Shown here: positions 1 to 9,744 of the stretch, one piece after another
Position numbering within the stretch: the first letter of the stretch is position 1
Layout: every line of letters starts with the position of its first letter
Source: Burkholderiaceae bacterium
Lineage (GTDB): Bacteria > Pseudomonadota > Gammaproteobacteria > Burkholderiales > Burkholderiaceae_E
Length of the DNA stretch: 64,000 nucleotides
Assembly: GCA_041676645.1 (NCBI GenBank)
Contig: JBAYRO010000003.1
Span: forward strand, 10,888-74,887
Reading direction: 5' to 3'
The notes under the pieces: model-generated
Told to the model about the DNA's origin: nothing
Database searches by the model: none
The model's input: the letters and a program-made list of their open reading frames with translations, nothing else
Made by a program: the position numbers and the translations under genes

Positions 1-651
1 TTCGAGCTCGGCTTCCTCGCCCTGCTGATCGGGCTCCTGGTCGCGATTCCGGTGGGGGTCTATTCGGCGATTCGCCAGGATACCGCCGGTGACTACATCA
101 CCCGCTCGGCGGCGATCCTCATGCTGGCGGTCCCGAGCTTCTGGCTGGGGACGATGGCGATGGTGCTGCCCTCGATCTGGTGGGGCTGGGCGCCTGATGT
201 GAGCTTCGTGCGCTTCACCGAGGATCCGGTGCGCAATCTCAAGCAGATGCTCCTGCCGGCCATTATCCTGGGTACGTCCCTGTCGGCGATCACGATGCGC
301 ATGATGCGCACCATGATGCTCGAGGTGCTGCGCCAGGACTATATCCGCACCGCTTGGGCCAAGGGCCTGGGCGAATGGCTGGTGGTGGTCCGGCATGCGC
401 TGCGCAATGCGCTGATTCCGGTGATCACCCTCATCGGGCTGATGGCGCCGCTGCTGATCGGCGGCGCCATCATCATCGAGCAGATCTTCGTGATTCCGGG
501 CATGGGGCTGCTCCTGCTCGATGCGGTCAACCAGCGCGACTACCCGATCATCACCGGCGTGTTCCTCATCGTCGGTATCGCGGTGATGCTGATCAACCTG
601 GTGGTCGACCTGACCTACGGTCTGTTCGATCCCAAGGTGAGGACGAGTTGA
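1..651 (+). CDS. ABC transporter permease, peptide/nickel type (DppB/OppB-like); 5' end lies outside the window
   Basis: Frame 1 is open from base 1 (FELGFLALLIGLLVAIPVGVYSAIRQD...) to TGA 649-651. Multi-TM protein with the permease cytoplasmic loop motif (IRTAWAKGLGEWLVVVRHALRNALIP). Followed by a second permease, an SBP and two ATPases. Confidence 0.85.
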   Translation, partial: FELGFLALLIGLLVAIPVGVYSAIRQDTAGDYITRSAAILMLAVPSFWLGTMAMVLPSIWWGWAPDVSFVRFTEDPVRNLKQMLLPAIILGTSLSAITMRMMRTMMLEVLRQDYIRTAWAKGLGEWLVVVRHALRNALIPVITLIGLMAPLLIGGAIIIEQIFVIPGMGLLLLDAVNQRDYPIITGVFLIVGIAVMLINLVVDLTYGLFDPKVRTS

Positions 652-1541
652 TGGCCGCGGTACCGAGCGACATGGTTCCGGCACGGCGCCCGAACGCGTT
701 CCTTGCCTTCGTGCTCCGCCTGTTCCGCGAGAAACCCCTGGGGGCTTTCGGCGCGATCGTGTTCCTGGTGTTCCTGTTCTGCGGGGTGTTCGCCGACCTG
801 ATCGCGCCCTACGGGATGAACCAGATCAGCCCGATCAACCGGCTCAAGCCGCCGTCATGGCAGTTTCCCTTCGGCACCGACCACCTCGGTCGCGACATGC
901 TCTCGCGCACCATCCACGGTGCCCAGCTGTCGGTGATCATCGGGCTCTCGGCGGCGGCGCTCGCCACCGTCATCTCGGTGGTGATCGGCATCGTGAGCGG
1001 TTATGCCGGCGGGCGGACCGACATGGTCACCCAGCGCGGGGTCGACGCCTGGATGAGCTTCCCGGACCTCGTCATCCTGATCGTGGTGGTCTCGGTGCTC
1101 GGCCCGGGCATGCCGCAGATCATCGGCACCCTCGGGCTGCTCTTCGGCATCGCCGGCTCGCGGATCATCCGCAGCGCGGTGATGTCGGTGCGCGAGAACA
1201 TGTATGTCCATGCGGCGCAGTCGATCGGCGCATCCACCTGGCGCATCCTGTGGCGGCACATCCTGCCCAACGTGATGGCGCCGGTGATCGTGCTCTTCAC
1301 CCTGCGCGTTGGCACCGTCATCCTGGTGGAATCGGGCCTCGCCTTCCTGGGCCTGGGCGTGCCGCCGCCGGCGCCCACCTGGGGCGGCATGCTCTCGGGC
1401 AGCAGCCGTACCTACATGTTCCAGGGGCCCTGGCTGGTGATCGTCCCGGGCCTGTGCCTCACCCTGGTCGTGTACGCGACCAATGTCCTTGGCGACGCAT
1501 TGCGCGACCTGCTGGATCCGCGCATGCGCGGATCACGATGA
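651..1541 (+). CDS. ABC transporter permease, peptide/nickel type (DppC/OppC-like)
   Basis: ATG 651 overlaps the upstream TGA (ATGA-type coupling). Translation MAAVPSDMVPARRPNAFLAF...FGTDHLGRDMLSRTIHGAQLS matches the DppC/OppC N-terminal signature from memory. Hydrophobic multi-TM protein. Confidence 0.85.
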   Translation: MAAVPSDMVPARRPNAFLAFVLRLFREKPLGAFGAIVFLVFLFCGVFADLIAPYGMNQISPINRLKPPSWQFPFGTDHLGRDMLSRTIHGAQLSVIIGLSAAALATVISVVIGIVSGYAGGRTDMVTQRGVDAWMSFPDLVILIVVVSVLGPGMPQIIGTLGLLFGIAGSRIIRSAVMSVRENMYVHAAQSIGASTWRILWRHILPNVMAPVIVLFTLRVGTVILVESGLAFLGLGVPPPAPTWGGMLSGSSRTYMFQGPWLVIVPGLCLTLVVYATNVLGDALRDLLDPRMRGSR

Positions 1542-1609
1542 TGCTCCGGTCGGCCGCCTGAGCCGTCCGGATGACCTGCCTTCAATCCACAAGAGGAGAC
1601 GACCAGATC

Positions 1610-3313
1610 ATGGCGAAGAGAATGTACAAGGGAGCGCTCGGGGTCGCGAGCGCGATGGCCCTGGCGCTTGCCGCTGCGCTGCCCGCGACGGCCCAGGAGA
1701 AGCCCCAGTATGGCGGTACCCTGACGACGACCACGGTGAACCCGACCCTGAGCGTGCTGACCTGGGATCCGGCCGACTGGAACTGGAAGATCAACCAGGA
1801 CTCGGGCCAGATCTATGAGCAGCTGTTCGCGGCCGACCTCACCAAGTCCAAGCGTCGCGGCGGCAAGCATTCCTTCTTCGCCGACGCCTGGCTGCCCTCG
1901 GATGCGATCCGCGGCGAGCTCGCCGAATCCTGGGAGTGGAAGGAAGACCCGCTGCGCCTGGAGATCAAGCTGCGCGAAGGCATCATGTTCCCGGCCAAGG
2001 AAGGGGTGATGGAATCCCGCGAGCTGGTCGCCGATGACGTCGTGTTCAGCTACACCCGGCTCGATACCAGCCCCAAGAAGATCCCCACCTACTTCGACCA
2101 TATCGAGAAGGTCGAGGCGACCGACAAGCACACGGTGGTGTTCACCTTCAAGAACTTCTTCTCGGAATGGGACTACCGCTTCGGCTGGGGCTACTACTCG
2201 GCGATCTATCCGAAGGAAGTCGCGGATGCCGGCGCCACCAACTGGAAGAACGTGAACGGCTCGGGGCCCTTCATGCTCACCGACTTCGTGCAGGGCAACT
2301 CGGTCACCTACGAGAAGAATCCGGGCTACTGGGACAAGGTCGAGATCGGTGGCCAGGAGTACCAGCTGCCCTTCGTCGACAAGCTGGTCACCCGCACCAT
2401 CAAGGACGAATCCACCCAGCATGCCGCCCTGCGATCGGGCCAGATCGACATGCTCGAGTCGGTGCGCTGGAGTGCCGTCGAGGAACTGAAGCGGAGCGTG
2501 CCGGATCTGCAGTGGTCGCGCTGGCTCGCGACGACCGGTACCTTCCTGTCGATGCGGGTCGATACCGAGCCCTTCGATGATATCCGGGTGCGGCGCGCGC
2601 TCAACATGGCGGTCAACAAGCAGGAGATCGTCGAGGCCTTCTACAACGGCAACGCGGAGCTCTTCGCCTATCCGCAGCACATCGATTACATCGGCTACTT
2701 CGAGCCGCTGGAAGAGATGCCGGATTCGGTGAAGGAGCTCTTCGAGTACGACCCCGAGAAGGCGAAGAAGCTGCTCGCCGAAGCCGGCTATCCCAAGGGA
2801 TTCAGCTTCAAGACGCAGGTCTGCGCCTGTAACCCGGACCACATGGAGCTGCTGCCGCTGGTGGCCGCCTATCTCGAGCAGGTTGGAGTGAAGATCGAGA
2901 TCCAGCCGATGGAGTACGCCGCCTTCCTGTCCGCCATGACCAGCAAGACGCATGCGGCGGGGTACTTCATGAACAACGGCCACACCAACCCCACCACGAC
3001 GATCCGCAAGAGCTTCGTGTCGAAGCAGACCTGGAATCCGTCGATGTGGGCCGACCCCGAGATCGATGCGCGGGTCCAGCAGGCCTACGAGGAGCGTGAC
3101 GAGGCCAAGCGTCAGGAGATCATCAAGCAGCTGACCCGCGACCTCGTCGACGCAGCGCCCTACATCTGGCTGCCGACCCCCTATCAGTACTCTGCCTGGT
3201 GGCCGTGGGTGAAGAACTATGCCGGCGAACTGCGCGCCGGGGCGGTCCGGCCGGGTCCGATCTACTCGCGCATCTGGATCGACCAGGAGCTCAAGAAGAA
3301 GATGGGGCACTGA
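1610..3313 (+). CDS. ABC transporter substrate-binding protein, family 5 (peptide/nickel)
   Basis: Start chosen at MAKRMYKGALGVASAMALALAAALPATAQE (Sec signal peptide). Size and composition fit a family-5 SBP. Embedded between the permeases and the ATPases. Confidence 0.85.
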   Translation: MAKRMYKGALGVASAMALALAAALPATAQEKPQYGGTLTTTTVNPTLSVLTWDPADWNWKINQDSGQIYEQLFAADLTKSKRRGGKHSFFADAWLPSDAIRGELAESWEWKEDPLRLEIKLREGIMFPAKEGVMESRELVADDVVFSYTRLDTSPKKIPTYFDHIEKVEATDKHTVVFTFKNFFSEWDYRFGWGYYSAIYPKEVADAGATNWKNVNGSGPFMLTDFVQGNSVTYEKNPGYWDKVEIGGQEYQLPFVDKLVTRTIKDESTQHAALRSGQIDMLESVRWSAVEELKRSVPDLQWSRWLATTGTFLSMRVDTEPFDDIRVRRALNMAVNKQEIVEAFYNGNAELFAYPQHIDYIGYFEPLEEMPDSVKELFEYDPEKAKKLLAEAGYPKGFSFKTQVCACNPDHMELLPLVAAYLEQVGVKIEIQPMEYAAFLSAMTSKTHAAGYFMNNGHTNPTTTIRKSFVSKQTWNPSMWADPEIDARVQQAYEERDEAKRQEIIKQLTRDLVDAAPYIWLPTPYQYSAWWPWVKNYAGELRAGAVRPGPIYSRIWIDQELKKKMGH

Positions 3314-3317
3314 GCAC

Positions 3318-5343
<2,026 letters not shown>

Positions 5344-5399
5344 GCTCGCCTTCCGGTACATGCCAGCGCTGCGGCGCTGCAGGACGAAACGGATCGATC

Positions 5400-6707
5400 A
5401 TGAGAGCGCCGACCTCACGGTGCCAGGCAGTGCAGTCTCCCGCAGCGTCTTCGGTGCCCGGGTGGTCCGAAGCGTCCGGGGCCGATGGGGCGCCGACCGA
5501 GCGCTACCTGCGCAAGCGCGAGGAGATCCTGGCGGCGGCGGCCCTGACCTTCAATGAGCTCGGCATCGGCGGCGGCACCCTGGCCGGGATTGCGGAACGG
5601 GTCGGCCTTGCCACCAACAGCGTCACCTATTACTACGGACGCAAGCAGGACCTGGTGTCGGCCTGCTTCCTGCGTTCGATCTCGGCACAGGTCGAATGCA
5701 TTCGCCGCGCCGCCACCCAGCCGACGGTCGCCGCTCGCATCGAAGCCTGCGTGGTCGGCCAGGCGGCGCTGCTGGCCGATATCGCGACCGGCCTGCGCCC
5801 GCCGCTGGTGGTGTTCAGTGAACTGCGCACGCTCGAAGGGAAGGTGGGGGCCGAGGTGCTGGGTGCGTATGTCGGCATGTTCCGTGAGATTCGCGGCTTG
5901 CTGATCGGCCCCGAGACCGCTGCGCTGAGTCGGGCGGATCTCAATGCGCGCGCCCACATGCTGCTGTCGGCCATCCATATCCTGCGCGTCTGGATCACGC
6001 GGGCCGAGCCCGACCAGTATGTGCGTATCGGGGTTCGCGCCGCCGACATCCTGCTCCGGGGCATGGGTTCGCCCGCCTCGCGCTGGCCCGTGGGCGACGG
6101 CCCCGGGAGCGACTGGGCCCTGGTCGATGGACTCGATACGCCGGGTGACCGATTCCTGCAGGCAGCCACCCACCTGTTGAACGAGAAGGGCTACCGGGGG
6201 GCTTCGGTGAACCGGATCTCGGCCCGGCTGAACGTGACCAAGGGTTCGTTCTACCACCATATCGAGGACAAGGACGCCCTGATCCTTGCCTGCTTCGAAC
6301 GGACCCTGACGGCGATCCGGCGGGCGGCCACCGAGGCGCAGGCGCTGACCGCCCCGGGCTGGGACCAGGCCTGCGCCATGGCGCGCTCACTCGCGTGCAT
6401 GCAGGTATCCGGAAAGGGGCCCCTGCTGCGCATCGGCGCACTCGGGGCGCTGCCGGCCTTCGATGGCCGGGCGCAGGCCTACCATCGGATGTTCCAGCAG
6501 ATCGAACGGATCCGGGACCTGATCGTCGCCGGAATGATGGACGGTTCGATCCGTCCCCTCGATTCGGGCATCGCGGCGCACCTGCTGGGCGGCAGCATCA
6601 ACGTGATTGCCGAGCTTCATCACTGGGTGGCCATCACCGACCGCGACCGGCTCGTGGACCTGTACCTGAAGCCCGTCTTCGAAGGCCTGCTGGCGCCGCC
6701 CGCCTGA
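5400..6707 (+). CDS. TetR-family transcriptional regulator with two tandem TetR modules
   Basis: Two separate TetR-type HTH regions: REEILAAAALTFNELGIGGGTLAGIAERVGLATNSVTYYYGRKQDLV and DRFLQAATHLLNEKGYRGASVNRISARLNVTKGSFYHHIEDKDALI. Each is followed by roughly 150 aa of helical sequence. Confidence 0.8.
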   Translation: MRAPTSRCQAVQSPAASSVPGWSEASGADGAPTERYLRKREEILAAAALTFNELGIGGGTLAGIAERVGLATNSVTYYYGRKQDLVSACFLRSISAQVECIRRAATQPTVAARIEACVVGQAALLADIATGLRPPLVVFSELRTLEGKVGAEVLGAYVGMFREIRGLLIGPETAALSRADLNARAHMLLSAIHILRVWITRAEPDQYVRIGVRAADILLRGMGSPASRWPVGDGPGSDWALVDGLDTPGDRFLQAATHLLNEKGYRGASVNRISARLNVTKGSFYHHIEDKDALILACFERTLTAIRRAATEAQALTAPGWDQACAMARSLACMQVSGKGPLLRIGALGALPAFDGRAQAYHRMFQQIERIRDLIVAGMMDGSIRPLDSGIAAHLLGGSINVIAELHHWVAITDRDRLVDLYLKPVFEGLLAPPA

Positions 6708-7652
6708 TCAGGCAGCGCGGCGCCACTGCATGTACAGCACGCCTCCAAGCACGATGGCGCCGCCGATGATCTGCTGCGTCGTCGGAAAGATGCCGTAGAG
6801 CATCGAGACGAGGACCGCGAAGACCGGCACCATGTTCTGCCAGAGCGAGCCCGCCGCGAGGCCAGCCCGTTGCACGCCCATGTTCCAGCTGTAGATTGCC
6901 AGTCCCGTCGCGAAGGTGGCGGTGACGAGCAGCAGGGTGAGCGCCTCGGCGTCGGGATCGAGCCGCGGCGCCGAAACGATGCCCGTGCCCCAGGCGAGCA
7001 GCCAGGCGATGACGAGCCAGGGCAGCGAGGCGAGGGTGGCCACGTAGGTGCGGCGCAACTGGACGGTGTCGGGCGGAAACCAGCGCTGCGAGCCGATCGA
7101 GTAGGTGTTCCAGCACATGAAGGCGAGCACGATCAGCAGTTCGCCGCCACCGAAGCCGAAGCCCGCGCCGGACACGCCGGGGCGGCCCTGGACCGCGATC
7201 CAGGCGCCGATGCAGGTCAGTATCGCGGCCGGCGCGAAGCCGCGCTCGAGCCGTGCTCCGGTGAGCACCCGCAGGACCACGGCGGCGTAGACCGGGGCGC
7301 CGGCCATGACCGCCGCGGCGGTGATCGGGTTCGAGTACTGCAGGCCCAGGTTGTAGGAGACGAAGAAGGCCGCCAGCGGCAATGCCAGCACCAGGGCCCG
7401 GCCCGTCATGATCGGCCAGGCGAGCTCGCGCGCCCCACGCGTGAGGACGACCAGCAGGGCGAGCACCATGCCTGCGATCAGGATGCGCGCCGGCGCCAGG
7501 AACCAGGCATCCCAGGTCGCGAACAGGCGCGTCGTCATCGGCACGTTCATGCCCCAGAAGAATGCCGAGAAGACGAAGAAGGCGGTGCCGAGGATCCAGG
7601 CTTGCCGGGGGTCGCCCGCGCCAGGGCGCTCCAACGGGCCGGCGGCGCTCAC
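6708..7652 (-). CDS. EamA/DMT-family transporter
   Basis: 314-aa polytopic membrane protein, about 10 hydrophobic segments with internal duplication typical of EamA. Its start overlaps the stop of the upstream isomerase gene. Confidence 0.75.
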   Translation of the reverse strand: MSAAGPLERPGAGDPRQAWILGTAFFVFSAFFWGMNVPMTTRLFATWDAWFLAPARILIAGMVLALLVVLTRGARELAWPIMTGRALVLALPLAAFFVSYNLGLQYSNPITAAAVMAGAPVYAAVVLRVLTGARLERGFAPAAILTCIGAWIAVQGRPGVSGAGFGFGGGELLIVLAFMCWNTYSIGSQRWFPPDTVQLRRTYVATLASLPWLVIAWLLAWGTGIVSAPRLDPDAEALTLLLVTATFATGLAIYSWNMGVQRAGLAAGSLWQNMVPVFAVLVSMLYGIFPTTQQIIGGAIVLGGVLYMQWRRAA

Positions 7653-8290
7653 CGGGAGCCGTCGTTGCGCAGCAGTGCTGCCTCGACCAGCGGCAGGGCG
7701 TCATTGCCGAAGTACATGTCATGGCCATCGACGAACATCGTCGGCGAGCCGAAGCCGCCCCGGCCGATCAGTTCGTCGGTGTTCGATCGCAGTCCCGCGC
7801 GTGCCTGTTCGCCGCCGGCGCGCTCGAGCATGTCGCGCGGATCGAGTCCGCTGGCCTTGCAGATGTCGATGAAGGCCGCTTCGCTCGAGATATCGACATC
7901 GGACTTCCAGTAGGCCTCGAACGCCGCCCTGGCGAAAGCCGGCATCGCCGGATCGTCCTGGAGGGCGACGCAGGCGCGCATGACCCGCACGCTGTTGACC
8001 GGGAACACGCTGGGCGGAAAGCGGATCTCGATGCCGGCGAGCCGCGCCCAGTCGCCGATGCTCTTGACCATGTAGGCATGCTTGGCCGGTACCGGGTGTT
8101 CCCGCGAGGCATACACGGTGGGATTGATGGTGTTGAAGATGCCACCGACCAGGATGGGGCGCCAGCGGATCTCGACGCCGGCGCGGGCGGCGACCGCCGG
8201 CAGGTTGTGGAAGCAGAGGTAGGTCCAGGGGCTCGAGATGTCGAAGAAGCATTCGAGCCGATGGTCGCCGGCGGGTTTTCGCGAATCCAT
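7649..8290 (-). CDS. DsbA-family 2-hydroxychromene-2-carboxylate isomerase-like protein
   Basis: Translation MDSRKPAGDHRLECFFDISSPWTYLCFHNL...GGFGSPTMFVDGHDMYFGNDALPLVE matches the HCCA-isomerase/DsbA-like family from memory. Start 8290 is preferred over 8338 because AAGGTG lies 8 nt upstream. Confidence 0.72.
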   Translation of the reverse strand: MDSRKPAGDHRLECFFDISSPWTYLCFHNLPAVAARAGVEIRWRPILVGGIFNTINPTVYASREHPVPAKHAYMVKSIGDWARLAGIEIRFPPSVFPVNSVRVMRACVALQDDPAMPAFARAAFEAYWKSDVDISSEAAFIDICKASGLDPRDMLERAGGEQARAGLRSNTDELIGRGGFGSPTMFVDGHDMYFGNDALPLVEAALLRNDGSR

Positions 8291-8741
8291 GGTGGAGCAC
8301 CTTGCGGGAGATGAGGCGGACGGGGGCGGCCCGGCCATTCATGGTGTCCAAGCGTACCACCGGGGGCTCGGTCGGGTGGCGGATGCCAGCGGCGGGCAGG
8401 TCGCCTGTGCCAGGCCGCCTGTGTCGTGGGAGCCCGGCGCCGATGCATGACGACGGCCAGCCGAAAGCGCTTGTCGTGGCGATGGTTTTCTTGCGTTGCA
8501 ACAAGCCGCCGTGGCTCGTCGCGGTGAACGGCTTTCAGGCTCGCCCGGTGGATCCGGGAGGCTCGTCGACCGGGCGACCAGCCTTCGTCCGGCCGGCGGG
8601 GCGACGCGTCGCGGCCAGGTCGGCCGTCGTTCCGAATTCGGCCGCTCGGCTTGCTGTGTGGAGGTATCGGGACAATTTGGAGTAGCCCGATGGGCCGCGC
8701 CCGGTATCGGCCTGTGGCAGGTTCCGGACGCGGCGGCCGAC

Positions 8742-9440
8742 TCAGCGATCGAATTCGACCCCGACGTCGCGTGCGGTGATCACCGCCTGGGTGCGGCTGG
8801 TCGCCGCAAGCGCGCGCAGGACCGCGCTGACATGGACTTTCACGGTGCCTTCGGCCAGTTTCAGTTCCCGGCAGATCAGCTTGTTCGGCAGGCCCTGCAT
8901 CATCAGCCGCAGGACATCCACCTGGCGGGCCGTGAGCCCGAGGGCGCGGGGGTTGCGGGGATCGGGGGCAGGGGGTCTGGGGTGGCGCTCGGGGCCGGAG
9001 GCCGCCAGCGCTTCGCGGGGGACATAGACTTCGCCCGAGATCGCCAGGCGCAGGGCGTGGCGAACGACGTCGGCCTGGAGCGACTTCGGGATGTAGCCGA
9101 GCACCCCCGTCTCGAGGCAGCGCACGATGATGTCGCGGCTGGATTCCCCCGAGACCACGATGATCGGCGTATCGGGCGCCACCGCGCGCATCCGCACGAG
9201 GCTGTCGAAGCCCGCCGAATCGGGTAGCTGCAGGTCGAGCAGAACATAGTCGTAGCGTCGGCCGGTGGCGAGTCGGTGCCTGGATTCCTGGATCGATGTC
9301 GCCAGGTCGGTCTTGCTGCCGGGAACCAGGTCGGACAGGGTCTGGCTGATCGCGTCCCGCAGGATCGGATGGTCGTCGACGAGCAGGAACTGGCGGGTCG
9401 GTGGCTGGGTCGGCGATACCACGGCCGCGGCTTCTGGCAT
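8742..9440 (-). CDS. NarL/FixJ (LuxR-type) response regulator; no kinase gene adjacent
   Basis: REC motifs LLVDDHPILRD and VLLDLQLPD. C-terminal LuxR HTH LTARQVDVLRLMMQGLPNKLICRELKLAEGTVKVHVSAVLRAL. Start at MPEAAAV with GGAGAC upstream. Confidence 0.85.
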   Translation of the reverse strand: MPEAAAVVSPTQPPTRQFLLVDDHPILRDAISQTLSDLVPGSKTDLATSIQESRHRLATGRRYDYVLLDLQLPDSAGFDSLVRMRAVAPDTPIIVVSGESSRDIIVRCLETGVLGYIPKSLQADVVRHALRLAISGEVYVPREALAASGPERHPRPPAPDPRNPRALGLTARQVDVLRLMMQGLPNKLICRELKLAEGTVKVHVSAVLRALAATSRTQAVITARDVGVEFDR

Positions 9441-9744
9441 GGAAGTCTCCTTCTTTTCGGTTGTTCCAGGGAACGGGACGATCACGCTATGGCAGGACGC
9501 GATGGGCGTAAAGTCACCCGAATGGCTGATGCCACGCCGGCTGCCGGGGTCGTTGGTGGCGCTTCGCCACGCCCGGCGGCGACCGGCGAGGGATTTCGGA
9601 ACCATCGGGCCGGGCCGCCGGTCTCTTCCCGGACGGGCCCCTTGGAAGGCCGGGCGAAAGCGCGGATATTGCGGTGCAACCATGGCGCGGCACCCGATGG
9701 CGGGTTCTGTGTAAGATGGCCGCGGTCGATTCGCGGAATCCTGG

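Noticed and set aside
8390-8415. Possible sigma-54 promoter (exact TGGCAC on the minus strand at 8407-8412) upstream of the isomerase/EamA operon
   Set aside because: The GG-to-GC spacing is 12 nt instead of the strictly required 10. A similar GG...TTGC candidate upstream of pilE (about 60620-60640, minus strand) also has 12-nt spacing.
8302-9227. ORFs 8302-8685(+) and 8496-9227(+), plus a 29-codon Arg-rich ORF from ATG 8690
   Set aside because: Their composition is Arg/Gly/Pro-rich, and they are partly antisense to the response-regulator gene. No homologous motifs were recognised. The GGAG before ATG 8690 is the only supporting signal.
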